From contig NC_068995.1 in NCBI RefSeq assembly GCF_001194135.2, forward strand, positions 28,589,486 to 28,653,128: DNA of 63,643 bases, written 5' to 3'. Positions 47,311 through 60,198 of the stretch are shown here, in pieces. Positions within the stretch are counted from its first letter, which is position 1. Each line of letters starts with the position of its first letter. Under the pieces are notes generated by a model that searched no databases, was not told the origin of the DNA, and saw only the letters and a list, made by a program, of their open reading frames with translations. This DNA is from Octopus bimaculoides. Taxonomy: Eukaryota. Position numbers and translations under genes: made by a program.

Positions 47311-48838
47311 CCTAGTAAGNNNNNNNNNNNNNNNNNNNNNNNNNNNNNNNNNNNNNNNNNNNNNNNNNNNNNNNNNNNNNNNNNNNNNNNNNNNNNNNNN
47401 NNNNNNNNNNNNNNNNNNNNNNNNNNNNNNNNNNNNNNNNNNNNNNNNNNNNNNNNNNNNNNNNNNNNNNNNNNNNNNNNNNNNNNNNNNNNNNNNNNNN
47501 NNNNNNNNNNNNNNNNNNNNNNNNNNNNNNNNNNNNNNNNNNNNNNNNNNNNNNNNNNNNNNNNNNNNNNNNNNNNNNNNNNNNNNNNNNNNNNNNNNNN
47601 NNNNNNNNNNNNNNNNNNNNNNNNNNNNNNNNNNNNNNNNNNNNNNNNNNNNNNNNNNNNNNNNNNNNNNNNNNNNNNNNNNNNNNNNNNNNNNNNNNNN
47701 NNNNNNNNNNNNNNNNNNNNNNNNNNNNNNNNNNNNNNNNNNNNNNNNNNNNNNNNNNNNNNNNNNNNNNNNNNNNNNNNNNNNNNNNNNNNNNNNNNNN
47801 NNNNNNNNNNNNNNNNNNNNNNNNNNNNNNNNNNNNNNNNNNNNNNNNNNNNNNNNNNNNNNNNNNNNNNNNNNNNNNNNNNNNNNNNNNNNNNNNNNNN
47901 NNNNNNNNNNNNNNNNNNNNNNNNNNNNNNNNNNNNNNNNNNNNNNNNNNNNNNNNNNNNNNNNNNNNNNNNNNNNNNNNNNNNNNNNNNNNNNNNNNNN
48001 NNNNNNNNNNNNNNNNNNNNNNNNNNNNNNNNNNNNNNNNNNNNNNNNNNNNNNNNNNNNNNNNNNNNNNNNNNNNNNNNNNNNNNNNNNNNNNNNNNNN
48101 NNNNNNNNNNNNNNNNNNNNNNNNNNNNNNNNNNNNNNNNNNNNNNNNNNNNNNNNNNNNNNNNNNNNNNNNNNNNNNNNNNNNNNNNNNNNNNNNNNNN
48201 NNNNNNNNNNNNNNNNNNNNNNNNNNNNNNNNNNNNNNNNNNNNNNNNNNNNNNNNNNNNNNNNNNNNNNNNNNNNNNNNNNNNNNNNNNNNNNNNNNNN
48301 NNNNNNNNATATATATATATATATAACTTGTGCGTGTGTGTGTGTGAGTAAGCATGTAATTTTATTTCCGCTTCTCACGACTGAAGAGCCTCTCTTTTTG
48401 AATTCATACACCTTGCAGTATCTGACATTTAAACTCATTTTGAAAGAGTATAATCGATACGAATTTTAACATTGTGGTGGTAGTAAAGCAAGGGGAAAAA
48501 TTATATTGTAAAAAATTACCATAAATTGTTAAAAAGTAACCCCCATGTCAAAAATGTAACGAGGCTTTCCTCCAACATATGTATATATTATTTTGTTTGC
48601 AAATATATAAGTGCGTGTATGTATATTATTTTGCTTACGTATAAATTTATATCTTACATTATGCAGTTATTATTATATTGAGATTTAAATATATGTCATT
48701 ATATTACTCTAATTCATTGCACGGAAATCCGTTTCGATTCACATTTTGTGTTTGTTTATTCTGTTACTTATTTCGTTCACATGTAACTTACATACAAACA
48801 TACATACATAAATACATACATACATATGTGTGAATCTA

Positions 48839-50143
48839 CAGGATGCCATGGGTAAATTGTCACCATTTTATATTTGTAATTTCGCGCATGCACATTCTTT
48901 GTTTTTGATTTTGTCGACTACAGAGTATAGTAGGGTCAGTTGGACACCGTCTCTGAGAAAAACAACACAATGACGAAATTGACTCTGCCAGAAATTTGGA
49001 AACGACATGCTATACTGCTTGGCATTCGCGCCCGAAGCTCCAATACGAACATTTCAGAATGCCTGGGTGTCAATCTGAGGACAGTGCAGAGGATTCTGAA
49101 AGAGTCGGATGAGTCTAATGGTGATTACGAAGGTACTGCAGATTGGAAAATTCAATTTGATCGTTCTGATAAGAAAAGAACTCCTGAATTTGTTGGTGAG
49201 ACCCAGACCATAGTTGGCAACGATCCCTCCAAATCAATCAAGTCCATCGCCAGGGACATGGGAATGTCTGAGTTTCTTATTAGGCAGGTAGTGCATGAAG
49301 ACATTTGGTATTCCTCATACAAGATGAGAAAGGACCAATTTTTGTTACAAGCAATCAAAGACACGAAGAAAGACCGCGCTACTAAGCTTATGAAGAAGCT
49401 CAAGCATCCCTTCCAATCGATCATGCTTTGGTTTTTCTCAGACGAGAAAAATTTCTGCCAAGGATCAGATGGTGAACACGCAGAACAACTGTTGGCTTGC
49501 CGTGTCCCCAAAACATGTACCGAGAGTGATAAAAACCAAACATCCAATCAACATCATGGTGTTTGGAGTGATCGCTAGTGATGGCGACGTTACGCCTCCA
49601 TTCATCTTCCCACATGGCCTCACACTCAACACGGAGGCCTACATCAAGTGCCTGGAGGAGGTAGTGCTGCCCTGGGTCAAGAGGGTGGCTGCTGGAAGAC
49701 TTTATGTCTGGCAACAGGACTCTGCACTATGTCATACAAATAGGAGAGCCTAGTCATGGCTGTCAGACAATTTCTGCGACCACATCACCCCTAACATCTG
49801 GCCACCTAACTCCCCAGACTGAAACCTCCCTGATTATTATGTGTGGGGCGCAGTTGAGCGAGAGACCAACAAAAGTCCTTGTAACACCAAAGATGGACTG
49901 AAGGCAAAGATTAAATAGCATTCACCAACTTAAAAAAGGAGACCGTCCAGAAGAGTTGCAGGCGATTCCGAAGTCGTCTGGAGACCGTAGTTAAATCCAG
50001 TGGTGATGTTATTGAATAAATTTACTCTTTAGTATTTCAAGATACTTTAATGTAATTTTGGTAAATATATCTGTTAAAATGATATTGTGAGTTTTATTTT
50101 CATTTTTGCGTAATTTAGACGACAATTTATTCACCGCACCCTG
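48839..50143 (+). mobile_element. Full-length Tc1/mariner DD37D (maT/Bmmar1-like) transposon, transposase inactivated
   Basis: Imperfect TIRs caggatgccatgggtaaattgtc / gacaatttattcaccgcaccctg with TA on both sides; HTH N-terminus, FFSDEKNF, QQDSALCH, WPPNSPD*NLPDYYVWG with 37 codons between D2 and D3; one frameshift and in-frame stops. Confidence 0.92.
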
Positions 50144-50479
50144 TATATTTTATACCCTGGTGTTGGATATATAATTTAACAAAGCTGGGCGAAAGAAGTA
50201 TTTACACGACGCAATACGATTACTGTTACACAAGGTTAAACGCTCTCTACCAACAGTTCCTAGTGAACTGCTCACCATCAATTCCTCACAATTATTTATT
50301 TTCTAGCAATGGGTCAGTCCACTTTTAGTCACATGGGGGTGGTCGGGATCCTTCCATAACAGTATGTATGTCATTATTCAGTTTATTTCAAGATTTCTTG
50401 CCAATAGAGAAAGAACCAGTTTCTAACCTAGATCCAAGGCTCATTCATTGAAATTTCAACATCAACAACGGGGTATTTT

Positions 50480-50545
50480 TTATGTATGTACGTACGTATG
50501 TATGTATGTATGTATGTATGCATGTATGTATGTATGTATGTGCAG
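50480..50545. repeat. (TATG)n microsatellite forming the 3' tail of the adjacent LINE
   Basis: Directly visible. Confidence 0.9.
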
Positions 50546-53455
50546 CTTTGTATGTTTTATGTATGTATTCTCAAGCATATAGTTACATATCTAGACATGC
50601 TCATATGTATTTAAATGATAAACTTCTGGAAAGTTTTACAGATTTTTTACAGTCCCAGTGATGGATTGGATCTGTAGTCTTCGAATTATCTTTCTTTCTG
50701 GTTTTGAAAAGCCAAATTTCTCGAGATTGGTATTTAGGCAGTATGTTACATATCCCAGGGCTCCAATAATTACAGGTATAAACCTGAACTTGTAATCTGG
50801 ATAGAGTAACTGCAGATTTCTCAATAATTCAGCATGGGTATTCTCTTTTTCACTGATCTTCAGTTTTATGTTAACATCTGCTAAGCAGCTAATTTCAACT
50901 ACTATGCACAGTTTCTCTTCTCTATCTCAAATCATTGTATCAGGTCTGTTGTGCATACATTTTATTGAGGTCTTCACTGGTATATTCCACCAGTATTCCT
51001 TTTTATTAAGAGTGGCTATAGCTTCTACCATATTGTGGGTTTTTATTTCTTTGTCCTCGAGATTATCCTTCCGACGGATTTCATTATAGAGTGTCCTTGC
51101 TACAACGTTATGTCTCATCGGTAGATAATACCATGATAACATTTTCGGACAACTGCTTATGATGTGGGTGATATCTTCAGTGTGAATTCCACAAAGTCTG
51201 CATCGGTTGTCACATTTTACGGCTTTTCCCGCATCTCTATCTCTTTTGTGAATCAGGTACCTGGTTGATATTTCCTATTTCTGGATTTCAAACGCGTACC
51301 CTTCAAAGTGGGAGGTAGTAATCCGGCTATTCGTCCATGATAAACTGCTTTGATGATCGATGTTACTATCATCACGGAGCTTTCTTGTAACATATACATG
51401 CATAGTCTTCTCCTCATATAGGCTCACCCTTTCATCTGATGGTACGTGGCGGTAGAGTTGTGTGACATCATTAGGCATGTATTCTAGGTTATCAGGCTCA
51501 GTGTTGTTTAATGAGCTGCCTTCCAAGTCTTATGATGTTATCAGCCTCATGTATGCAAACTTGGTTAAGGAATGCACTTCAACGCTTGGTAGTTAAAAGA
51601 TATTGCCGAAATGATATGATGCGACATTCAAATGCATTTTGGATGTTAAGCCTCTGCTGCCTTGTTTTCATTTTAGGTCGAAGCGGTCTACGTCACTGTT
51701 TATGTGGAAATTATGTGTGCTTGTTAGTATTTTTCGGGTTTTCACATCAATGGCTCGGATCTCATCAAGCTCCCAATCAAGTAGTCCAAATGTTGGTATG
51801 AGTACTGGCACTGCAAACACATTGTAGGCCACTGTTTTATTGAATGCAGAGAGTTCTAATGTCCGAATTTTCTTTATTCGGCTGTAATATTCTTTAGTGA
51901 CACGTGTTTTGTTACAGGTGTCATTGTAGGATATATTTTCATCCACCCCTACATACCTGTAACATTCCTCGTCAGATACAGGGGACATAGTCAAATCATT
52001 GATGAAGATGTTAGTAGTCTGGTTTATAGTTTTCCTCTTTTCACTACCATATAACAACATTTATCCCGACCAAACTCCAACCCTACATCCTTTGATAGTG
52101 TCGTAACTAGGTCAAGGCTCTTTTTCATCTCATGCATATTCTTTGAATAAAGTTTTAGGTTATCTACAAAGAAACAATGTGTAATTTTGGTATTTCTGTT
52201 TCAAATGATTAATAGAAAGTATAAACAACATCACAGAGAGGCTGTCTCTTTGGAATATGCCTTTGCGATATTGTATTCTATCGGTGATAATACAGTCACT
52301 CTATGTGCTTAATTTCAAGATGGTGGCCCACGATGAAGTCAGGTCAGCAATGGCTTTGACTATACTCACTGAAACTTTAGCAAGTTGAAGGGCTTCTAGC
52401 ATCCATGAGTGGGGAACAGAGTCAAAGGGTTTCTTATAGTCTAGCCACATTGAAACTAGGTTCCTCCTATGCTCTCGCACCTCTGACACCACGGTTTTGT
52501 TGATTAACAATTGCTCGGCACATCCCCAGGCTCCCTTCTTCCCAGCTGCTTGTTCTGCAGTAATGATGTTATTGGTTTCACAATGGTCCTGGCAGAAGAG
52601 GTTTAAACCTGCTGTATATATCTTATACATTAAGTTCTGGCATACAATTGGCCGGTAGATTTTGCCATGTGGGTGGTTCTGCATTTGGGGATCAATTTTG
52701 TCTCTCCAGAGTTAACCAGTGTGGTATGCTACTGTTCCCAATGGCAGCTTGCTGGTACAGATTGATAAGGTATGGTCGGTAGAATGTTAGCTTCTTGTAC
52801 CAATATCCAACAATCAAGTCTCTTCCAGGTGCTTTTCTATCCTGGGATTTCTGGATCACAGTTGCAAGAGTTTCACCATCAATGTTGTATGTCTTGGATG
52901 TAACGCAGGAGCAATAACTTTTTCGGATTTCTTCCAGCCGCAGAGCATCTTGGTTAAATTCCTTCTCTTCACTCCAGATTTTCCACCAGAAGGAGTCTAT
53001 GTCTTCTCGTGAAGAAGCTTCCATGATATTTATTGTTCCTCTTCTCTGTATAATGCTGCCTGGTTGCGATTAAATTTTTTGTTTATTGTTCTTATCTTCT
53101 GATGTCGGAGTTTTTCACTGACAGCTTTTAGCTCCTGTTTTAGGGTAATCAGTTTGCAAGTGAGTGTCCCCTTTTTGCTGTCTCCAAACATCATTTCTAT
53201 TTAATAAGCATCATTACATGACTGATGGTCTTCCGTAAACCAGTTATATTTTTCTCTGTCTTCAAACCCCATGATGGTACTTTCTTTGATATTTCAGTTT
53301 TGTTTACTTTTTTAATATCATTCATGTACTGTTTTACAGTAGTAGCCAGAACATATAGACAGGCGTTAATATGCCAGTATGTGGGTTCATCACACTGTTG
53401 AAAATACTTATCACCAATTTCGTTAGCAGCTTTTAATACCGTATCTGGTGGGTGT
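50545..53455 (-). mobile_element. Restriction-like-endonuclease non-LTR retrotransposon (R4/Dong-like), 5'-truncated, degraded
   Basis: KAPGRDLI, YRPIVCQNLMYKIYT, QAAGKKGAWGC, WLDYKKPFDSVPHSW, THCFFVDNLKLY, CRLCGIHTEDITHIISSCP (CCHC), HNRPDTMI..EISC (PD-D/ExK), FIPVIIGALG, ~85-nt 3'UTR then (CATA)n. Confidence 0.92.
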
Positions 53456-53456
53456 T

Positions 53457-53810
53457 TTTTACTTACTTACTTACTTACATGTTTATGTATGTACGTATGT
53501 ATGTATGTATGTATGTATGTATGTATGTATGTATGTATGTATGTATGTATGCATGCATGCATGTATGTATGTACGTACGTGCGTGCGTGCGTACGTACGT
53601 ACGTACGTACGTATGTATGTACGTATGCATGTACGTATGTATGTATGTATGTATGTATGTATGCATGCATGATGCATGCATGTATGTATGTATGTATGTA
53701 TGTATGTATGTATGTATGTATGCATGCATGATGCATGTATGTATGTATGTATGTATGTAAGTATGTATGCATGTATGTGTGTATGTATGAATGTATGTAT
53801 ATAATTAATT
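53457..53810. repeat. (ACTT)4 then complex (TATG/TACG/CATG)n tetranucleotide array
   Basis: Directly visible. Confidence 0.95.
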
Positions 53811-54131
53811 TCATTGAATTTGGTCCAGTCAAAGTAGAATTTTTTGAAATTCAATACTCAATATATGATACAACAGTAGAGTTTTACATTTTTTTAAATT
53901 GAAAGTCTCTACGATCGTTTCAAAACAAGCTTTATTGAGAATACGTCTATCAGGTAGGTTGAAGCAAAATAAGTGAAAACCTTAGACAGAAGTGTATCTC
54001 TTATATGTACGTCAGTGTACTTGTGTGTGTGTATGTGTGTAAGAATATATATACATGTGTGTGTGTACACGTACGTATATATTTCTTTTTAGCTTTATCG
54101 TCCACTTCGAGAACCACTGTTCGAAAATATA

Positions 54132-54173
<42 letters not shown>

Positions 54174-54589
54174 AAACAACCACATAAATATTCTATGTCT
54201 CGTCTGGATACGAATGTGTATTTAGTAGTTAAGCGTGCAAAAACGTGACGCCTAATTAGTGGAATAATTGAGATTATCGCGAGGGATTTTACTGCTGTGG
54301 AAGCAGTCGAAACATCACGGACACAGATGCTCTCAGTTTTCTTGTAAGATATCTTACAGAGACACACAGACACACCTCAGTATTGTATAAATATAGGTTG
54401 CTTACATACACACACTAAATACTGTTTACATTGCACTCTCGCTCTTCCTCTCCCTTACACACTTCTGACAAACACTTTCAAAATTTTCCCATTCACAGAA
54501 TCGTAGAGACTGTTCCTAGACATTAACTTATATATTTTATTGCTTAACCTCATGTCATCTCTAATTTTTTCTATTCTCGGCATAAAACC

Positions 54590-54715
54590 TGAAGTTTTAG
54601 GCTTGTCGATTACCTTGACCGCAGTACTCGACTGGTTTGTCCCATTAGTCCTTTCATTCCAGAAAGGATGAAAGGTCTTAGCGAGCAGAGCTATAATCAG
54701 AGATATTCTAGCCAT
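54590..54715 (-). mobile_element. Highly degraded tRNA-derived SINE remnant
   Basis: ccagaaaggatgaaagg motif, inverse of the family body. Confidence 0.45.
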
Positions 54716-55423
54716 GATCATCCAGTGGTTATGTATATATATATGAGATATGACATAATGTGCCGTTTCCTTTTTAAAGAAGTTAAGGTGAATTTTAGGG
54801 AGAGTTGGTTGTTATCTCTAGTACGTCGATACCCTCTAAGTGGCCCACTGGAATGTTCCAGTTGCTGTTGTTGTGCCTATTTAACCCTGAGCCAACCTTA
54901 ATTGAATATTTTTATGACCAATGGTGATTCAACATGACCATCCTGTTTTTTTAGAGGACTAAATAATCTATGTCCTTTCATTATGTAGCACAGTATGAGG
55001 TGTAAGCCGAGGGAAGATTGGTTGATATTCTAGCCCAAGAGTACATTATCCAACATATCACTTTGTAATACGGTTGGGTGTGCTATGAATGAACTTGGCT
55101 GCTATTTTAAACATGTCAGTCGACTACTTGGGGTCTCTTTCGTCGGCTCACTATGAGGAGGATCTGGTGTGGGTGGCGGCATTTATATCATTGTTCATTT
55201 TTGTTGTTGCAGTTAGTGATGATTGTCGTTGTTTCGTCCAAGCTCTGAGCAAACGACCAAGAATTACGTAAGTAGTCAGTCAAAAGACTGAGATAATGTC
55301 CAAAGATTCACTATTCCAAATGCATCATATTCACAGGACAATTCATAGAAAGGTTCGATAAATTCAGCTGAGAGGATAGTGAAGTGACTAACGTTTCTAG
55401 CCTTAGCTATTCTTTTCTACTCT

Positions 55424-55577
55424 TGGCACAAAGCCCAGAATTTTCGGGGAGGGGGGGGGCAGTCGATTAGATCGACCCTAGTATGCAATTGGTACTTAAT
55501 TTATCGACTCCGAAAGGATGAAAGGCAAAGTCGACCTCAGCGGAATTTGAACTCAGGACGTAAAGACAAACGAAATA
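55424..55577 (-). mobile_element. tRNA-derived SINE (OK/OR-like), head truncated
   Basis: ttatcgactccgaaaggatgaaaggcaaagtcgacctcagcggaatttgaactcag. Confidence 0.8.
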
Positions 55578-56297
55578 CTGGCCTTAGCTATTCATCTGAG
55601 AAGTTGCAAAATTAATTCCTCGTAGCAGCCAACTGATTTTATCAGATTTCTCTCTACGTACCAGCAGTTGTCGACACAGACATCATCATTAGATTCTTTG
55701 AATTCAGAATCGTACCTTATCTTCTTTCAGGTCAATAGATCTGTACTCAGAAATATAGGAAAAGCAAGGGAGTGATCAAAGTATGTTGCTACAATTCAGC
55801 TGCCTACTTTAGTTTTATTATATCTCCTGGGTCAACTCTGATCGAGCAGACTACATGCTCAAAGGCCTTCTACCCGAGATCATCTTATCTTTTTATTCAA
55901 ATACAGAATGTCTTAGCCCACACTAACCACTGCATTCTTCCTTCTTTTAAGACGGTAGACTATGATTCGAAAGCGATTTGTCTGTTATTTCTAGCAGCTC
56001 GAGTGTCCACGCAGAGGCTCCCGCATAAGTTCGTGGTGTGTCGACTGTTATTGTTTAGGGCAGTGGATTGATTGACAGAATAATTAGGGCATGGAACAAA
56101 ATGATTTGCAGTATTTGTTTTAGCTTTTTACCCTCTGAATTCAAACCCCTCTGTGGTTACCTTAGTATTTCCTCCTTCTGTAGTCGTACAATAAAATTCC
56201 AGTCAAGTACTGAAGTCAATAGAATGGACTCACTCGCTCACCCGAAATTTATGGCCTTATTATCATGCAAGAAATTATTATGATTATTGTTGCTTTT

Positions 56298-56505
56298 GAG
56301 GCGGTGCGCTGGCAGAATCGTTAACACGCTGGACGAAATGCTTTCGCCCGTCGCTACGTTCTGAGTTCAAATTCCGCTGAGGTTAACTTTGCCTTTCATC
56401 CTTTCGGCGTCAATAAAATATGTACCAGTTGAACATTGGGGTCGATGTAATCGACTCATCACTAAGCTGCCCCTTGTGGCAAAAATTTGAAATAATTATT
56501 ATTGT
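56298..56505 (+). mobile_element. tRNA-derived SINE (OK/OR-like)
   Basis: ggcggtgcgctggcagaatcgttaaca head, gagttcaaattcc B-box, aattattatt tail. Confidence 0.8.
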
Positions 56506-57927
56506 TGCTTTTTATCAGATTTAACAGTTTTTGAGCAGAGCTATAAGCCAAAGTAGAGAGAGNNNNNNNNNNGGGGGGGGGGAGATACTCATAGTGAAAG
56601 AGAGAAGAATTGATACATTTTCATTGATCCACGAAGGATGAACGGTAAAATAGACCCCCGCGTGAGTTGAGCGCTAAGCGCTGTTCGCCCCTTGTTAATA
56701 GTTACTTTACTTCCTTCGCTATGTTTTGCATGCATGATGTTAATATTATTGAGGTGATATTGATATTTCTTTGTATTTTGCTCTTCGGTATGTGTGGAAT
56801 GTTTATGTTCTTATGTATCATTATTAGTTGTATATAATTCTAGGGAAAGAGATGGTTATTGCTATGTAGACTCGGGCCAACCTGATCAAACAAACCTTTG
56901 AGTCTACAACTAACATGATCCACAAATTCATAACTCTAGTTATAATAAACTTTCAAGTAGGTATTACATTTTCTAGTCATTTGTTTGGAGCCATGGTTCT
57001 GAGAGATTGACGTGGAGTTAGAATAGTTGTGTCAAGGGAACGTTGAAAAGGAAGACGAGACTGGGATGCCATCTGTGGAAGAGATGTGTTTATATTTTGT
57101 GAAGCTTGGAAAAAAGTGTTTGTATATAGTGAAACTGTTGAGTGTGAGTGAGGAGGCGTATACTTGAGCTACACTACTCGGAAAATTACAGACTTTAGAT
57201 ATGATGTAATTGCACACCAAACAGATTTGGCGGCCTATTTAATGTGCAATTTAATCCAGCATTTTGAGCGTCAGGTGGAGTTTAGTATTTTGTAGTGGTG
57301 GCGGCGCCGACGTTGTTTGTAGTAGTGACGTTAACATTGACAAAAGTAATAATAGTAGCAACTGAACCACCCACTGTCGCAAAAACCACAGTAAATTACG
57401 ACATTAGGTGAGAAAGTATCATTCAAACCGAATTAGGTCACAATAACTTACATCAGAGAATATGATAATATAAGAGTATATTGGAAAAGGAGAGAAACGG
57501 TAGAAAATTAGGAGAGTGTTTGTGAAAGGAAATTAATAGTAGCATTGTAGAAAATTATAGAACTGGTCGAAAGTTATGTCGAATTAACTAGATACAACAC
57601 TGTTAATAATCTAGAAAGTTCTATGAATACATTAATAAAAAAAAAAAAGAAAGAACTGACACAAACAATAACAGTGAACTTTTATTGAAATAGCTATACC
57701 AATTAATTACAATGTTTCGAAAATCTAAGAAATTACACCGGCTTAGCTGTTGAACTGAAAAATAAAAGATTATGGCATTCAATGAATGCATTTGTCATAC
57801 CTTTTGTAATCGGAACACCATGGGTAATATACAAATATCGATATCGCCAGAATGAACGAAATTATATATGTAGTAGCCATAGTATTCACGAAGTCAAATT
57901 GTTATTCCCTTAGATCTATTCTTTTAT

Positions 57928-58154
57928 TCTTTTACTTGTTTCAGTAATTTTTGATTGTGGCCGTGCTGGAGCACCGCCTGTTCTTTTAGTCGAAGAAATC
58001 AACCACAGGGCTTCTTTGTAAGCCTAGTACCTATTCTACCGGTGTCTTTTGCCGAACCGCTAAGTTACGGAGATGTAAACACACCAACATCGGTTGTCAA
58101 GCGATGGTGGGGGGACAGACACAGACACAAACACACAAATACATACATACATAC

Positions 58155-58185
<31 letters not shown>

Positions 58186-59113
58186 NNNNNNNNNNNNNNN
58201 NNNNNNNNNNNNNNNNNNNNNNNNNNNNNNNNNNNNNNNNNNNNNNNNNNNNNNNNNNNNNNNNNNNNNNNNNNNNNNNNNNNNNNNNNNNNNNNNNNNN
58301 NNNNNNNNNNNNNNNNNNNNNNNNNNNNNNNNNNNNNNNNNNNNNNNNNNNNNNNNNNNNNNNNNNNNNNNNNNNNNNNNNNNNNNNNNNNNNNNNNNNN
58401 NNNNNNNNNNNNNNNNNNNNNNNNNNNNNNNNNNNNNNNNNNNNNNNNNNNNNNNNNNNNNNNNNNNNNNNNNNNNNNNNNNNNNNNNNNNNNNNNNNNN
58501 NNNNNNNNNNNNNNNNNNNNNNNNNNNNNNNNNNNNNNNNNNNNNNNNNNNNNNNNNNNNNNNNNNNNNNNNNNNNNNNNNNNNNNNNNNNNNNNNNNNN
58601 NNNNNNNNNNNNNNNNNNNNNNNNNNNNNNNNNNNNNNNNNNNNNNNNNNNNNNNNNNNNNNNNNNNNNNNNNNNNNNNNNNNNNNNNNNNNNNNNNNNN
58701 NNNNNNNNNNNNNNNNNNNNNNNNNNNNNNNNNNNNNNNNNNNNNNNNNNNNNNNNNNNNNNNNNNNNNNNNNNNNNNNNNNNNNNNNNNNNNNNNNNNN
58801 NNNNNNNNNNNNNNNNNNNNNNNNNNNNNNNNNNNNNNNNNNNNNNNNNNNNNNNNNNNNNNNNNNNNNNNNNNNNNNNNNNNNNNNNNNNNNNNNNNNN
58901 NNNNNNNNNNNNNNNNNNNNNNNNNNNNNNNNNNNNNNNNNNNNNNNNNNNNNNNNNNNNNNNNNNNNNNNNNNNNNNNNNNNNNNNNNNNNNNNNNNNN
59001 NNNTATATACGACAGGCATTTTTCAGTTTCTGTCTACCAAAATCACTCACAAAGATGAACCCGGAACAGTGTAGTTGGTAAGCAAATTACTTACCACACA
59101 GCTACTCCTGCGC
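57928..59113 (-). mobile_element. CORE-like SINE whose internal (TA)n contains an assembly gap (58186-59003)
   Basis: 3' half at 57928-58185 and head at 59004-59113, both inverse of 45523-45910. Confidence 0.75.
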
Positions 59114-59397
59114 CTATTATGATATCTTTTTAAACTTTTCTATGGTAGATTCGCCATAGAAAAAGTTGTGGGGTTACAGAAAAGTTAATTTATTTTATTA
59201 TGAATAAATCGAAACTTGAAATTTTGTTAATGTCAATTTTTCTTTTGAGCCGTATCATTTATATACTTGATTTTACATTCGGATTTTTTAAACAGGTCTT
59301 CGTGATTAACTCACATCTACTTTTCATCTCCCCACCACCAAAAAATAATAAAAAGTGAAGTATCAAATATAAAAGACATTTTAAAGTTACGGTTGCA

Positions 59398-59557
59398 AGG
59401 CGTGGGTGTGTGGTAAGAAGTTTGCTTCTTAACCACATGGTTCCGGGTTCAGTCCCATAGTGTGTCACCTTGGACAAGTGTCTTCTACAATAGCCTCGGA
59501 CCGACTGAAACCTTGTGAGTGGATTTGGTTGACGGAAACTGAAAGAAGCTAGTCGTG

Positions 59558-59596
<39 letters not shown>

Positions 59597-59790
59597 CCGT
59601 CCCACTACCGCTTAACAACCGGTGTTAGTGTTTTTACGTTCCCGAAACTTTGCGGTTCGGCATAAGTCTCCGATAGAATAAGTACCAGGCAAATAAATAA
59701 ACACTGGGATCGATTCATCCGACTGAAATTTTTCCAGGGTGGTGTCCCAGCATGGCTGCAGTCTAATGACTGGAGCAAATAAAAGATAAA
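59398..59790 (+). mobile_element. CORE-like SINE, complete
   Basis: Collinear with 45523-45910. Confidence 0.85.
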
Positions 59791-60035
59791 AAAATAATGT
59801 GGCAGAGTAAAATATGCAAATAAAAACCCTGTTTCATATGTCTGCAAATACTTTGGCAAAATTCAATGATTCAGCATTATTAGCAAATATCACATCCCCA
59901 GCTGGACGTCTTCAACTGACTGAGTTGCTGAGTGTTACAATATTATGACCCTGATCCTATCAAACTTAACATAACTCCTAGCCTATATCTTAACCTTATT
60001 CAGAAATAGCCCTGTATATTTTATTGGGTCAGCAC

Positions 60036-60198
60036 ACAAGTGTAGCTAGAGTATGTGCCGCCCGGGGCGGTCCTTCCGCTTGCCGCCCCCAGACCCCACA
60101 AAAAACACATATTGCCTACAGCAGACCCAAAAGTGGTGCCCCTTTAAAAGTGTCGACCTGGGTGAACCCCCCCCCCCCCAACCCCAGCTGCGCTAGTA
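60036..60198. mobile_element. GC-rich degenerate MITE (hAT-like termini)
   Basis: gtgtagctagagtatgtgccgcccggggcgg ... cctgggtgaacccccc..cagctgcgctagt resembles CAGTGGCGTAGCTAG/CTAGCTACGCCACTG-type ends. Confidence 0.45.

Noticed and set aside
53900-53945. Minus-strand gaaacgatcgta palindrome as a hammerhead remnant
   Set aside because: No recognisable CUGANGA box or helix I
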